64,000 nt of DNA from Owenia fusiformis. Its lineage: Eukaryota. Of this stretch, positions 11,771 to 24,512 are shown in pieces; within the stretch, counting starts at the first letter, position 1, and each line of letters opens with the position of its first letter. The DNA is taken from positions 15,190,001 to 15,254,000 of the forward strand of contig CAIIXF020000001.1 of NCBI GenBank assembly GCA_903813345.2. Reading direction: 5' to 3'. Both the position numbers and the translations under genes were made by a program. Under the pieces are notes generated by a model that was not told the origin of the DNA, searched no databases, and saw nothing but the letters and a program-made list of their open reading frames with translations.

Positions 11771-14486
11771 GTGTATCAAGCGAAGGTAACGGCCGTAACC
11801 TTCGCATCTAAGATGGCGGACGGGAATTGTCGATTTCGATATTTTTATATGATGTATGAGTATGATGATTTGTAACGGTCATGTTAGCTTTCAATACGTG
11901 GTACCTAAACATCTAAGCTCTCCATTACAAACTTTCATAAGGTTACCGCGTCACCGCGTATCAGGTATCTATCTATCATCTGTAAAACCAAATTCCCAGT
12001 TACCTTCCCTAAGCGGTGAAAGATATCCTTAAAGGATTACGATAAGCTTCCCGTATAAAAACAACATGGCGGCTCCAGGCGAGTCTAAGCTGACCCATTC
12101 TATTTTTAAAAAATTAGGGGAGTTTTGTAAATTCCATTTTATTGTAATAGTCTTGAAGATAAAATAATCGGTTTACAATGATTTCATAAAACCATGCTAT
12201 GTCCATGGCTGAGACTAACATATTTTAGTCTCAGGTGGGTAAATCTAGATGTCAATTTTTCCTATTTAAAGACATGTTTTAAGCAGACTTCTCCGTGGCA
12301 TTTTTTCTTTATTCCTTTTTGCTTTGAATTTTTTACACCATAACATTAACTAACTACTCAATATGCAACTTTTCACCACGTAGAATTTCATAATATTAAG
12401 TTTGAAAATTCCATTTTTATAATGGAGCTCAATGGGAAAAATGACATAATTTGGATTATTTTCAAACGTAGCGGCGCGATTTTCTTGAAATTGACAGATA
12501 TAATAAATATTGGTAAGACGAAATGTTTGAAGAAAAATGAAGAAAATTCACCGTCCTGGTTACGCAAAATATAGAAAAACGTGAAATAATCATAAAAACC
12601 TGTAAAAATAGATTGAAGGGGGTGATATTCATTTTAATGTGCCTTTCACTTCTACAGGGTAACCATAGTTTTGGTAATGGTTTACTAATTCTAAAAGCAT
12701 ATCTTCCAGCATGTGTATCAAACGGAAGTAATACAATAAGTGTTATCATTAATTGGAATGGTATTATTATATTCCTTAGCAATGATGACAAAAAGGTAAA
12801 ATCAATCATATCACATACTAGTTCTTACCATCAAATCGATCTGTTATAACTTATAATGCATATTAAACAATATAGTAGATCTTCAAATTCAAGAATTGAG
12901 CTAAGTTGTAAGATAATAGATAAATTGTTAATCTCTCCGTATAATCCCTTTCTCTGAATCATACTAAATTATAATATTTCGGTATGCTTATTTTAGCTGC
13001 TGTAGTTTAGGTCACTTGATGAGATATTCAGTAACATGCCGTCACTAGAGACAAAACTTGACACTAAATAATAATCACTCGAAATAAACGATATGAATTC
13101 TTCATATTTTTTTCTTTTGTAATACATCCATTCTTAAAAATTAGCATTCAAAGCTTTTCAATGCAATCATGAATTTAGTGATCTGACCCTTAAAAAACTT
13201 TTCAGGGGAAATAGTTTGTCCACCTGTAGCCCTTAGGTGTATCATCTTTTTCTAGCCATATTTTCCTAGGCCTGCTGGAATACCTATTTCAGTGTGCAAG
13301 TTTAGCATTGTTTTCCCATTGATCATTTGAGTTATCATGTCAATAAATGGAAATAAAAATGATAGAGTTTTTTATTTTATTGTAAAAATAAAAAATAAAA
13401 GAAGGTTTGGTCAGGAAGGGAACAGGTGAAATCCTTGGGATATATGAATTAATTAATTATAAGTTAGAAACATATTCATGTTTCTACAATTTAGGGTAAC
13501 CCTGTGTATTATTCTACTGTGCATGGTTATACCCGTGCAAAATATTACAAAATGTTATTTACTTATTATCATAATTCAATGTGACAATATCAGGCTTATC
13601 TTCAAATTTGTATATAATAGTTTGCCTGTAAGGTTGGGCAAGCCGTCTATTACGTTGATAGTATAAGATGTTGATCTTGCAAAGCTCTTATGGGATAATT
13701 CGACAATATGTACAGTAACATATATGTAAGGGTACAAGTATGTAGTCCAGTATGTAGTAAACAAAGGAGTATTTTGGTCAACTCAATACATTTGATAAAC
13801 ACTACATGAAGTGTTTTCTATGCAATGATTATATACAGGCTGCTTATTCATTGTTACTGCGAATTTCAAAAGCTTCAAAATTGTGTGGAATAGAGCATGC
13901 AATGTTTTTCAGTTTCAAGCAGGTTTTAGTACATTCTGACCAATTGTATTTTCAGACTTATTCATTTCATGATTATGTAATATTGACCTACTTATCTGTT
14001 TAACATGTCTTTAAACACAAATAGAAGATCTTGAAACTTCACCCATAAAATGTCAAAATTATTTGTCAAAATAAAAATCTCCCTTTTATACGTGTGTGAG
14101 ATGATCTTTACTATACTATTCCTACATAAACAGGCAGAGGTGTTTACTTGAAGTGACTTCAACCTGTGAACCCTTGAGTTGGTAATATTCCGGGTTCGCG
14201 CCTTTTATACTAAACGGTGAGCTATAGCCACATCAAAAACGAGCGTTCGATTTGCTAAACGATATGCGTTACGCTGTAACTGTTGTGCCTACGAATGGAA
14301 TATGAACAAATGATCATACTCCAGAGTTTTCGTGTCATATAAGCCTGATATAGTTCAAATATCATTTAGCATTACCTCAAATATAAAGTGGTTTAATTCA
14401 ATGAAAACAAAAAAATATCGAAATCGACACTTACCGTCCGCCATCTTAGATGCGAAGATTACGGCCGTTACCTTCGCTTGATACTG
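11771..14486. mobile_element. DNA transposon with about 75-bp TIRs filling most of a GNAT intron
   Basis: gtatcaagcgaaggtaacggccgtaaccttcgcatctaagatggcggacgg...tcgatttcgatattttt, with its reverse complement at 14411-14486. A related shorter element lies at about 55020-55424. Confidence 0.8.
12266..14014. mobile_element. TTAA-flanked (Kolobok-like) non-autonomous element nested in 11771-14486
   Basis: TTAA|agacatgttttaagcaga ... tctgtttaacatgtct|TTAA. A TTAA target-site duplication with AG..CT termini fits Kolobok (inference). Confidence 0.55.
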
Positions 14487-14516
14487 ACCATTATCAGTAC
14501 TATTTTGTCACATTAG

Positions 14517-14637
14517 GTATGGATGAAAGTCAGGCTATATTGAATGAAGTGGCAGAAAGGAATGGATGGCAAGCTGACAGCCATCTGGAAGCTAAAGCAT
14601 TCTCAAAAGCAAAAGTTGATATCAGTGATGCTTTTAT
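14517..14637 (+). CDS. GLYAT-like GNAT, exon C
   Basis: cattag|GT ATG GAT ... TTT AT|gtaagt. Phases are 1 in and 2 out, consistent with the neighbouring exons. Confidence 0.8.
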
Positions 14638-14730
14638 GTAAGTATCGATCGAAAACAATGCACGATTGCCATCTTTTTATAAAGTAAACTCCTAAATACA
14701 TTTTCTATAATTGGATTTCATGATTTTAAG

Positions 14731-15163
14731 CAATTTACCATCGAAGAAGGAATTGAAATGCTCAACTCTCTGCCTGCACGAAGCTTCTATTGTCCGTGAA
14801 CGCTGGCAGCACATCCACGCCGCTGAAACAAATATGCTAAAAGGGATCGAGTACTGCATCAAGCACCTCCCAAATGTATGTCTAAGGACTGACGATGGTG
14901 AGATTGTTGCTCATATGCTGACTGCCTTCACTGGCGAAATTTTGATGCTAAATGTAGTGGAATCACATAGACGTCTTGGACTAGGCACGGCGGTACAATT
15001 ATTGCTGTGTAAGAAAATACTGGAACACAACGGACAGCCGTTCTGGATGGTAATGGCTAACAATGAGCAATCTTTGAAGATGAATCAAAAACTAGAAGCA
15101 AAGGCATTAGATAATGGAAAAACAGTATATGCTTATAGATATAGACATACAAAAGCAAGCTAG
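14731..15163 (+). CDS. GLYAT-like/FR47-like GNAT, last exon (acyl-CoA-binding domain)
   Basis: tttaag|C AAT, phase 2. Encodes YCIKHLPNVCL, GEIVAH, motif A VVESHRRLGLG and NEQSLKMNQKL. TAG ends at 15163. Confidence 0.88.
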
Positions 15164-15897
15164 ATGTTTTAATCGCATAAAATGATCTAGAAAACATTAC
15201 TGAATAAGTGATAATTTTGCCTAATCATTTAATTTGCCTATTGCCGATTTTTTGCCAGGTTCGGAAAATTAAATGTCGGAAATATTATCTTCATAAGTTT
15301 CTTGCCATTGGGAAAATTTAAATTAGAAAAAGGATAAAATTTGACCACTCGGATCAAATACCACTTGTACAGTATTTACATTGTACAAATATACGAGCCG
15401 ATATAACAAATTACAAGACAACGCCAAAAAATATCAGTTGTTGGAATCGTAAATAGCGTTGATTAGTTCATAATTGAAAAAGGTGCGGGGCAATATATAG
15501 AGGTTATACCCTGGGAGATAATATATTGGTAAAGAGAGGAGTGACATATTTTCCCGTCGAACCAGGGAGTATGACCTTTTTATAAGGGGGGTCTGATCTT
15601 TTTATACAAGATGATAATTCATAAAAATGACGAAATTTCAGGAGGGACTATGGTCTTTTTATACCATGATAATTCTTAAACAAATGACAGGGAGGATTGT
15701 AAGCCGTTATTCCAACTCGATATTTCTTTTAAAAAACGGAATATATTGTACACATATACCGTTGCCCGGCGTGGACCAATTTGGTAACAATATTACTCAT
15801 ATTTTGAAGTCTAGAACTGCCAATGAAATGTGTACATACTCCTTATATACTTATTTTATGGTAACACGAGTTTGTGTGGCAATGAGTCCAGGTGAAG

Positions 15898-16128
15898 TAT
15901 AAAGACTTAAATTGGTTGCTATAGTAACATGGGGTAGGGATGGGTACACAAAGTAGTATTTCTTGATTAATTTCTTCATATTTTCAGTTTTTTATTTGAT
16001 CTGACAAAAATCCTGCCCCGCCCTACCAAAACCAAAGTATGAAGTATGAAGTAATTAATCAAGAAATACCATTTTGTGTACCCATCCCTACCCCCATGTT
16101 ACTATAGCAACCAATTTAAGACTTTATA
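15898..16128. mobile_element. Short MITE / fold-back element with about 80-bp arms
   Basis: tataaagacttaaattggttgctatagtaacatggggtagggatgggtacacaaa... has its reverse complement ending at 16128. Confidence 0.8.
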
Positions 16129-17029
16129 TTTATCCATTTCAAAAGGGTCCGTACACATAATTTACACCACTGATCCCAGTCTCCAAATTATATGGTATGT
16201 TTTGCAGGAATCGGCTTTTCACCGTCCAAGCCCAACGAATGGTGTAGAAGTGTAGTTTTCAAAACTGATGCGCATTTTCAAGAGATCACGTACATACCAG
16301 TACACAACTGTTTCATGTAATTTTTTTTTTCAAAGAATAAGCATGTTAAAGCAATTGCAAAAAACAATTACAATTAAATACAGTTACATGGTAAACATAC
16401 ATTTTACAATTTTACAATACAGTATTGGTTAAGCGTTATTCTTTAAGAAATGTTATAACATTGGCAATCTTTTTTATTTAAAGGAAAAATCGTCAGTATC
16501 ATTTGTTTAATTTTGCTATTTTATTTTGCGACAATGGTTATTTTTCAAATATTGGCAATTGCCTCATTACAACGTCTAGCCCATTGTTCATTTGAATTAG
16601 AAGAGCTAACCCACTTATGTTATCAGGGAACAAAGCAACATCACATCCAACATCAGTAAGATCCAACGGATATCATCCTCAAAAAGTCAAATTGTTTTGA
16701 GGACTTGATTTGATTAATTTAACATACTTAGGAATACATTTGTGGAGTTGTTCTTTAGTGGACTTTTGAGTGAATAAAATCACAAGGGTCTGACATAAAA
16801 CATACAATCACAGATAAGTCTCCAATAAACGGACAATAAAGTGAATAAACTAGATAAAATCATATAGCACTGATGGGTCTCCAATATATTTAGCATATTT
16901 AAGACTCATTTACTTTGTCATTATAAATAATACAAATATACCAACTTTGTATGTCAAATGGTTGAAATTGTACGAAAATCAATATTAGCAACGCTAATAT
17001 TGATTTTCGTACATTATCTATAAATTTAG

Positions 17030-17665
17030 AGATCCAGAACCATTGCTATAGGGCTGATCCGTGCATGACCGTGATCTGGTGCAGATAAGACCTTATATTC
17101 AGGACCACTGGTATAGGGCTGCTCCATGCAAAACTGATCTGATGCAGGCGGGACCATACGTTCAGGACCACTGGTATAGGGCTGCTCCATGCAAAACTGA
17201 TCTGATGCAGGCGGGACCTTACGTTCAGGACCACTGGTATAGGGCTGCTCCATGCAAAACTGATCTGATGCAGGCGGGACCATACGTTCAGGACCACTGG
17301 TATAGGGCTGCTCCATGCAAAACTGATCTGATGCAGGCGGGACCTTACGTTCAGGACCACTGGTATAGGGCTGCTCCATGCAAAACTGATCTGATGCAGG
17401 CGGGACCATACGTTCAGGACCACTGGTATAGGGCTGCTCCATGCAAAACTGATCTGATGCAGGCGGGACCATACGTTCAGGACCACTGGTATAGGGCTGC
17501 TCCATGCAAAACTGATCTGATGTAGGCAGGACAATGCACATGTTCAGGACCACTGGAATATCGCTGCTCCACGCTCCATGCAAGACCATGATCGGGTGCA
17601 GGCTGGACCATACACATGTTCAGGACCACTGGTAGAAGACTGCTCCAAGCATGAAAATGATCAAG
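17030..17665. repeat. GC-richer 63-bp minisatellite, about 7 near-perfect units plus degenerate flanking units
   Basis: Unit caggaccactggtatagggctgctccatgcaaaactgatctgatgcaggcgggacc(a/t)tacgtt at 17100, 17163, 17226, 17289, 17352, 17415 and 17478. Confidence 0.97.
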
Positions 17666-17667
17666 TA

Positions 17668-18757
17668 CGAGGGGTGATCCAAAAGTCTTGGACGCCCTGC
17701 TCTAATTTTGTTGGTTTTTGATAAAATTACTTTAAACTTTCCAATAATAAAGACCAACAACCTAACTACTTTGTGTATTAATTTCATGGAGAAATGATAT
17801 GTTTTATGTAGTTTTCTAGATAGTTTTTAATATAGGGACCCTGCCACCCGGAACGGTATTCGCACATGGCAACTTTCAGCCGTAAATGTTGCCTCTATTT
17901 CACTTATTTCGCAAGTCTTGACCACTATATTTCTATGAATTTTGAATGTTAAACTATGTTAGTTTACTTCCTTTGTTAAAGGCAACCAATTAATTGTGTT
18001 TTAGTTATAATGTCACATATGACAATGGCCGTATATGTCAAATTCTAAGAAAATGACAGCAGACAAGCAACCCTCATTCTGGTATCATTTTCGCTGTAAG
18101 ATGGCTGCTGAAATGCAAAACATGAAAGAAATCAAAGTGGAACAAAGAATACTTCAAGATATTTTCACTATTATTGACCTTGAGCAGCTACCATATGCAC
18201 GATACAGTCTAGATATGGCTCCGTGTGATTTTCTTCCTTTTCTCCAGAAAAAGGAGGGCTGAAAGAAATTTTTCATTACTCGTTGTATGAGGTTTAGAGT
18301 GGCACTCCAGCAGCATTTGTATCACATAAGTAATGGCTGTTTCATAAATGTCTCCCATTCATTGGTAAAGCGGTATGAAAAATGTGTTCAAATTCGTGGA
18401 AAATATGCTGAAAAGTAGGTCTTAATATGTGAAGATGACGATGGCAGATGACACTCAGACTGAAAATTGGAAATTCTCTCATATCATGACTGGTGTTATG
18501 TTGTGCACCTGCACCTAATGTATTTGCCATATTATAACAGTTGTGACGTGATTTGCTATATTTAAATGCCGTTCCGGGTGGCAGGGACCCGGTATTAAAA
18601 AATATTTAGAAAAGTAGCTAAACTATATTATTTCCTGTTGAAACTTATTCACAAAGTTGTTAAGATGTTGATCTTTACTATCTGAAAGTTTCATGTAATT
18701 ATATTAGAAAAGAGCAAAGTTAGAGCGAGGCGTCCAAGACTTTTGGATCACCCCTCG
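17668..18757 (+). mobile_element. Mariner relic with long TIRs
   Basis: TA|cgaggggtgatccaaaagtcttggacgcc ... ggcgtccaagacttttggatcacccctcg|TA. Internal LPYARYSLDMAPCDFLPF resembles the mariner HPPYSPDLAPSDF.LF motif. Confidence 0.9.
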
Positions 18758-19280
18758 TACAGACGGCACTACTTGATCCTTTCAAAATGTGTGAAGTACT
18801 TAAAGGTTCTTGCAATGTCGTCCATTCTTGTTGAGCTTTGATAATTCTTCTTTAAATCTAGTAATTAGTAATTAATTTTAGTAAATGCTCAACATTTACA
18901 ATAATTAGACACAATTAACAGTTACTATTTCTAATTGCATTTTTACAGAGAAATGGTCGAACTTAATTGAAATAATTATTGCAAACTAAAAATGTGTACT
19001 CCATGTGCAGTCGACCGATGCGATTATCCAACACGCTTTAATGTCGAAGTGATTTCAACGTCTTAATCATGGTTATCTACCCCTATGTATAGAAAAATCA
19101 ATACAATTTCATTGACATCTGTTAATAATAGTGTTTATAATTATATTCATTTATACATTTGTATACAAGCTGAATAACATTGGTTTCAGAAATATAATTT
19201 TTGTTCATTTACACTGTTCAAATGTTCAAATACCTAATATTGCATAAGTCGACACTTTCAACACCTTCAACAAAATATCC

Positions 19281-20324
19281 TCATCCACGTATGCAGCACA
19301 AATGTTGCTTGAAGTATTTCCGCCATCGACTGTCCAACAGACAAAGTGCACATGGGTTAACACAAGAATTGAGAAACATAAGACAGAAGCCGGCAATCTT
19401 GAAGCCGTGCCAGTAAATATTGTACGGAGATGGGTCGAGATAGAACCAAAGAAGATAAATGTGTCTAGGGAGCCAACACATGACGAATAGGATGACGAGG
19501 CATAGGATCAGCCATGGACTTGTCCCTTCTTCAACAAACGCGAACCGTTGATTTTCATTTGTTGTGTGTTCGTCGTGTTTCAACTTATGTTCTGCTTCGT
19601 CAGAGCTACCAATGTCCATATACTGGCCTTGAAGTTCTTGAATGTCAAGAGTACGCTTGTATTTGGTTGCGATAAAGTAAGCTAGTCGTATATAAAACAA
19701 GGCAATAACAATTAGAGGCAGGGCGAATAGAATGAGGAAACTCACGATAGTATAGGCGCTAGCGTATCCTTCACCCCAACTATCTTGGAAAGGTAAACAG
19801 AAAGAAACATTAACGCCATCATTGGTGGTGTAGTCTTGAATATTAGCGCTGATGGCATTTAAGATCCCGAAAATGACAGCTATCAACCAGACACTTAATA
19901 TCTTGCCAATTGTCATTTTTGTTGAGTTGATAATCTTATATGTGTTCGATTGAACGGCTGTTGCGTATCTTTCTTCGCTCAACCATGCCAGAGTTAACAC
20001 AGATACGCTGACAGACAACACCCTCATGAAGTTTCCTAGCTTGCATATGGATTCACCAAAAGGCCAGCTATGGACTGTGTAAATTGTTGCAGCGAATGGA
20101 ACATACGTACAAATCAATAAAAGGTCTCCAATGGCCAGATTAACAAGGTACCAATTAGGTGTGTTGCGCATGTCTTGGTGTCGAACAACTATGTATAACA
20201 GCGTGGCGTTTCCAATCAGTCCAAGGATGAATATAATCAGGAACAGAATCGGCACAGTGACAGACTCGGGGGTCAATTGATAGCCACCAAGCGTGGTAAT
20301 GTTCATAGCACTCCTATTTTCCAT
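19281..20324 (-). CDS. Rhodopsin-class neuropeptide GPCR, CCHamide/excitatory-peptide (bombesin/GRP-related) receptor-like, 347 aa
   Basis: Seven TM segments. MRNTPNWYLVNLAIGDLL..VPF..TIYTVHSWPFG..ICK, SVSVLTL..LSEERY, CWLPRHIYLLWFY, YNIYWHGFKIAGFCLMFLNSCVNP.AL and a terminal CC all match CCHamide/EP receptor signatures. The splice acceptor tttccag| opens the exon at 20366. Confidence 0.92.
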   Translation of the reverse strand: MENRSAMNITTLGGYQLTPESVTVPILFLIIFILGLIGNATLLYIVVRHQDMRNTPNWYLVNLAIGDLLLICTYVPFAATIYTVHSWPFGESICKLGNFMRVLSVSVSVLTLAWLSEERYATAVQSNTYKIINSTKMTIGKILSVWLIAVIFGILNAISANIQDYTTNDGVNVSFCLPFQDSWGEGYASAYTIVSFLILFALPLIVIALFYIRLAYFIATKYKRTLDIQELQGQYMDIGSSDEAEHKLKHDEHTTNENQRFAFVEEGTSPWLILCLVILFVMCWLPRHIYLLWFYLDPSPYNIYWHGFKIAGFCLMFLNSCVNPCALCLLDSRWRKYFKQHLCCIRG

Positions 20325-21668
20325 TATACGAAATAGATTTCTTTATTGGCGCCAACAGAATAACACCTGGAAATGAAAAACAGTTATATTATCGTAACGA
20401 TTATATAATTGTATGACAAGCAAAATAATATTTTCAAAGTACAATTAGTTCTAGAAAATTAGTATGCAAAGTATTTTTAAGCTACATCTATAAGATTATC
20501 AAACCATCCAACACCTTCAAAAACTTTATCGACCTGACCTGACCTGACCCCGACTGATTGCGAAGTTTTTTCAAGATGTATTCCTTCGTTATCGCACAGT
20601 GTTTAATGGCTTGTCAACGCTTATCAAATTTAATTGCATGTTATTGAATACAATTTAACCTCTAGTTAAACATTGCCATGGTTGACATTTTAATTGCTTT
20701 AGTAATTGATTATTTACAATTGTAGTTTTTCGAAAAACACTACTAGTGTTTGGCATGCCAAGTGTTTATAGAAAGTCATGTCCATTGGTACGATAATTAG
20801 AGCATGTTTTGCTCTAAAGGATTGCTCTAAAGGATTTTAAACACTTATTGTGATATTGATCAATCAAAGGCAAAGGAGAAAAGTGGGCAATAATGGGAAC
20901 TAGACCTTAGTAGAGTCTTAGATGCCAAAACTGTCATGCAAAGAATAAATGTGTGATTATTAAAGTAACTACGAATATTGAACATGAATATATGTAAATG
21001 TAATTACTTTTAAATGTTTTTATTAATAAAAAAAGTCATAAAAATTATCCTTTAGTATGTCGATAAAATTGGTGAATGCAATAAAGTTGAAAACCATACG
21101 TCCCTTGTTATTCTCTCTTAGTAGAAAACACTATCAATGCAAAAATGGAAAAATATCATTTTTAGAGAATAAGTCCATAATTTTGAAAAATGGGATGTAG
21201 CGACTTTAACCCTGGATTATCTATTTTCTTTTCTTGCTTGGTGATTAAATAATGACGGACCCTCCACGAGACAACAAACGTCCCCATTATATGATAACTG
21301 CTAATGCCTGTTTTTGTTCCGGTTGCAAAACTTTTGGAGGGAAGTGTAGAATCGCTGCGCTGTATTGCTTTGTTCGATATGCCTGATCCCAAACTACAAA
21401 ATGGGTATCATAAATGATTGTATTTTCTAACATTGATCATCTTAAGTTTAGTTTAGCATATCATAGTGATTTTTCATATTGGGTCATTGTAATACCATTA
21501 ATTCTTATTCATAATCATAATTAATCACGAATAACTACTTTTCCATTTGCAAATAGACCATACCTGATAAATATGATTGATTAATCTACAATAATTTCGT
21601 ATTACGTATGGACTTCTATATAATTTATTACTATCAAACGTCAATTTGGTTCATATCATTTTGCATAC

Positions 21669-21900
21669 CTCTTTCTTCCGCAGATAAAGTTGAGCGTGCT
21701 GTTGTATTACATCGATATCGACCCTAATATTCCAGAAATCGGCGTTTACCTTGCTAATTGCCAGTAAGATGCGCCTTATCTCAACTGCCCGGTGTTGAGG
21801 CTGGCGGTGATATGAGCTTTGTTCGTGATTTAAGAATTTTAAAAGCAACGATGTCTGGAATGTTGTATTTCCAAGATGTGATTGCAGATTCAAGTAGAGT
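21669..21900 (-). other. Probable 5'-UTR exon of the GPCR
   Basis: Donor GAG|gtatgc after 21669 and a locally GC-richer block. Splicing to 20366 puts in-frame stops before the receptor ATG. The upstream boundary is unknown. Confidence 0.45.
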
Positions 21901-22861
21901 TCACTTTATTAATTATAAACATGTCTAACAACCCAAATAAAAGTGAAGTTTATTGACTTCTGTTATTTTCAGGCCCTTAAATTAATGTCAATGCAACTAG
22001 GTCTCTTATCTTTTTTTCTGTCTCCCACATCAAGTCACGTGATCTTATCTTTACACGCATATTATGACTAAATAAAAATAGCACTGGGGAATACAGTTGG
22101 AATGGAACATAGTTCTTCATTACTCAAATAAAGCCGAATATTTGGTTTTAAATATTTTCTCAAAGAAATACTCCGAAATTAAGCAACTCTAAGATTCCAT
22201 ACATAGGCAAGGACTGGCTGAACTGTGTTTGTCCCACCATCTGTCAACCCAAAACTACTGGACACATTTATCTTTTAATATTATCGAAGCTTGTGTAATG
22301 GGACTATGTATTTACCAGGCCCTAGCTGTTAAGATTGTTCTGGGGAATTTTATCAAATCGCAAATGAATAATTTCAATTACTGCTATCTAGAATGGAATG
22401 GAAAACACGAATTTAGTGCCATGGCGCCATAAGTCACTTTGCTTGAATAATGGTACCTCTCAATCATTCCCCTTTTAAGTCGACTTTGAAATCCATCTTA
22501 ATCATTATTATTAAGTTCCACTTGAAAAAAGTTAGACGTGTAATTTTTCTTTATATGAAACATTTCTTGTTCCCACGATAGATGAAAACTGAAAAACTCA
22601 GTAGAACCAGACACATGAAATAAAACTAAATTAAATATATGTTTTGAGCGAGTCCCTTTGAATTTTATCTGAGATTGAGCTTACAAGGCAATAATTTGTA
22701 TTTGAACGTCACAAATTGTCTAATTTTGCTATGATTGTGATTTTATCATATGATCTTTATTCCAATAGTCGGGCACTGGACGAAAGTGTTCAAACTCTTC
22801 AATGTCGATCTTTCCTGTGAGAAAATATTTATCTCTCGTTCAGATTCCACGCCCTGTAGAC

Positions 22862-23290
22862 AAGATGTTAGTAGAAATTATCTTGATTTACATCATTAAA
22901 TATTCAAAATTCAGTCAAAGTGATGTCATATTTGAAATCTACATGTAAAAGTACATCTATAAATATGGTTTAGAAAATTGTTTCATGATCAACTTTGAAA
23001 TTTGTTTTTTGAAAATGTGACTTCTAGTTCGGAGAGTTTCCCCATAGAACCCATGTTGTAAAACCACAAAAAGTGAAATATATTTTCTTGTATTGGACAG
23101 ATAACACTTTCTTTTGCTAGACATATTTTAATTTGCATAACTATTAGATACACAAGGGTGGTATGAAAATTGAACCACTAAAAGCAGGTGTACTTTAAGA
23201 TAAAGGGAACTTTCTACTATACCCGCCATGCTATCTAAACCGAACGAGCCACTGGGTGATGAAACTGGTAACTACTTGCTCACATCAGAG
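22862..23290. mobile_element. MITE family A, uninterrupted copy
   Basis: Termini like agatgcgagtag / ctactcgcatct. Homologous copies at about 28025-29186, 39325-39725 and 50527-52033. Confidence 0.8.
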
Positions 23291-23714
23291 TTATTGGTAC
23301 AGGTCCTTTGGTGAATAGGGAAGACGCTACTATAAGACTTCGTTTCATTGCTTACGCACGATTGTGGAATGGGCAGACTTAATTTCAGTTCATGAGCAGA
23401 AAGACTGTCGATAAGCGCAGATTAAATGATTACGTGGCCTTGTTAACATGCGTTTTATGTTTAATTTGTCATCCTGGATACATGGTTGTTAGCTTATAAC
23501 TAAAAGTATTTAGTCTATAGAATAGACATATGTACCATAATGAATGCAAATAACATTCATATGTTTTTACTCTATTCATTTATCTCTAACTTAATTACAC
23601 GCTCGGTGACACAATTATTGAAATTGAAAGGTACGGTGCGATAGGGAATCAAAATAGAACCTGATCAAGGTCACTGTCATTGTATCACACTCGTAAATCG
23701 CTGCTTTGTTTCTA

Positions 23715-24512
23715 TAACCCCCCTATCACACCAAACTAGTTCTTACCCGTTCTTGCCAGTCCTACGAAAACGTCGTAAAACGGGCTCAATCTGGCTGTGG
23801 TCGGGAAATATGTCTAAAATAATAGCTACTTCGTTCATAAACAGTCTTCAATACGTCCATCCCATTCGCAGTTCGTTCAGGTCGCACCACGTCGGTGTGC
23901 AACGTCGTATAACACGTCCCTTAGTCTAAAAGGTCATCATGATCTAATTACAGAACGGTATGGTCGCCATCGAATTTTGAATCGATTCAAAATTCTAAAT
24001 CACATTCCCCGTCCGGGAGAGTCCATGAACTTCGTAAACAGACCGTAGAACGTTGTAGCTTCGTTCATTCCGTTCGCACACAGTTTAAAACCAGTTTTGA
24101 AGAACGCAGTGGCAACTTGCTTGGTGTGATAGCTATATTTTTGCTAACTCGTTGATAAATACGTTCTTAATCAGTTTTTACGCGTTTGCAATTAGTTCTA
24201 CCTCGTTCTCGATACGTCCTCAGACAGTTCAAATCGTTGTTAAAACGTCCCTAGTCTATTGAAGTACGACGGTTCGGTTCGTAGTACGTCCAGCTCGCCG
24301 TTAGTAGGTTGTCACTCGTTCAAATTGTAGAACGTGACGACCAATAGAACATTTTGAGCATGTTCTAAGTTCTAAAGGACCTACCCGTTCGAGTACGTTC
24401 GATGAAGTTTGTAAATAGACCCCAAACGGTTCTAAGTACATCCAGTCCGTTCGTACACAGTTGAAGCCCGTTTTCGAGAACGTATTGAGAACTAGTTTGG
24501 TGTGATAGTAGG
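23715..24512. mobile_element. MITE, copy 2 of the 6312-7125 family
   Basis: Colinear, highly similar sequence with the same termini. Confidence 0.88.

Noticed and set aside
17026-17589. Three overlapping repetitive ORFs, or a CRISPR-like array
   Set aside because: The 63-bp unit is a multiple of 3, so open frames arise automatically. The units are contiguous with no unique spacers, there are no cas genes, and the context is eukaryotic.
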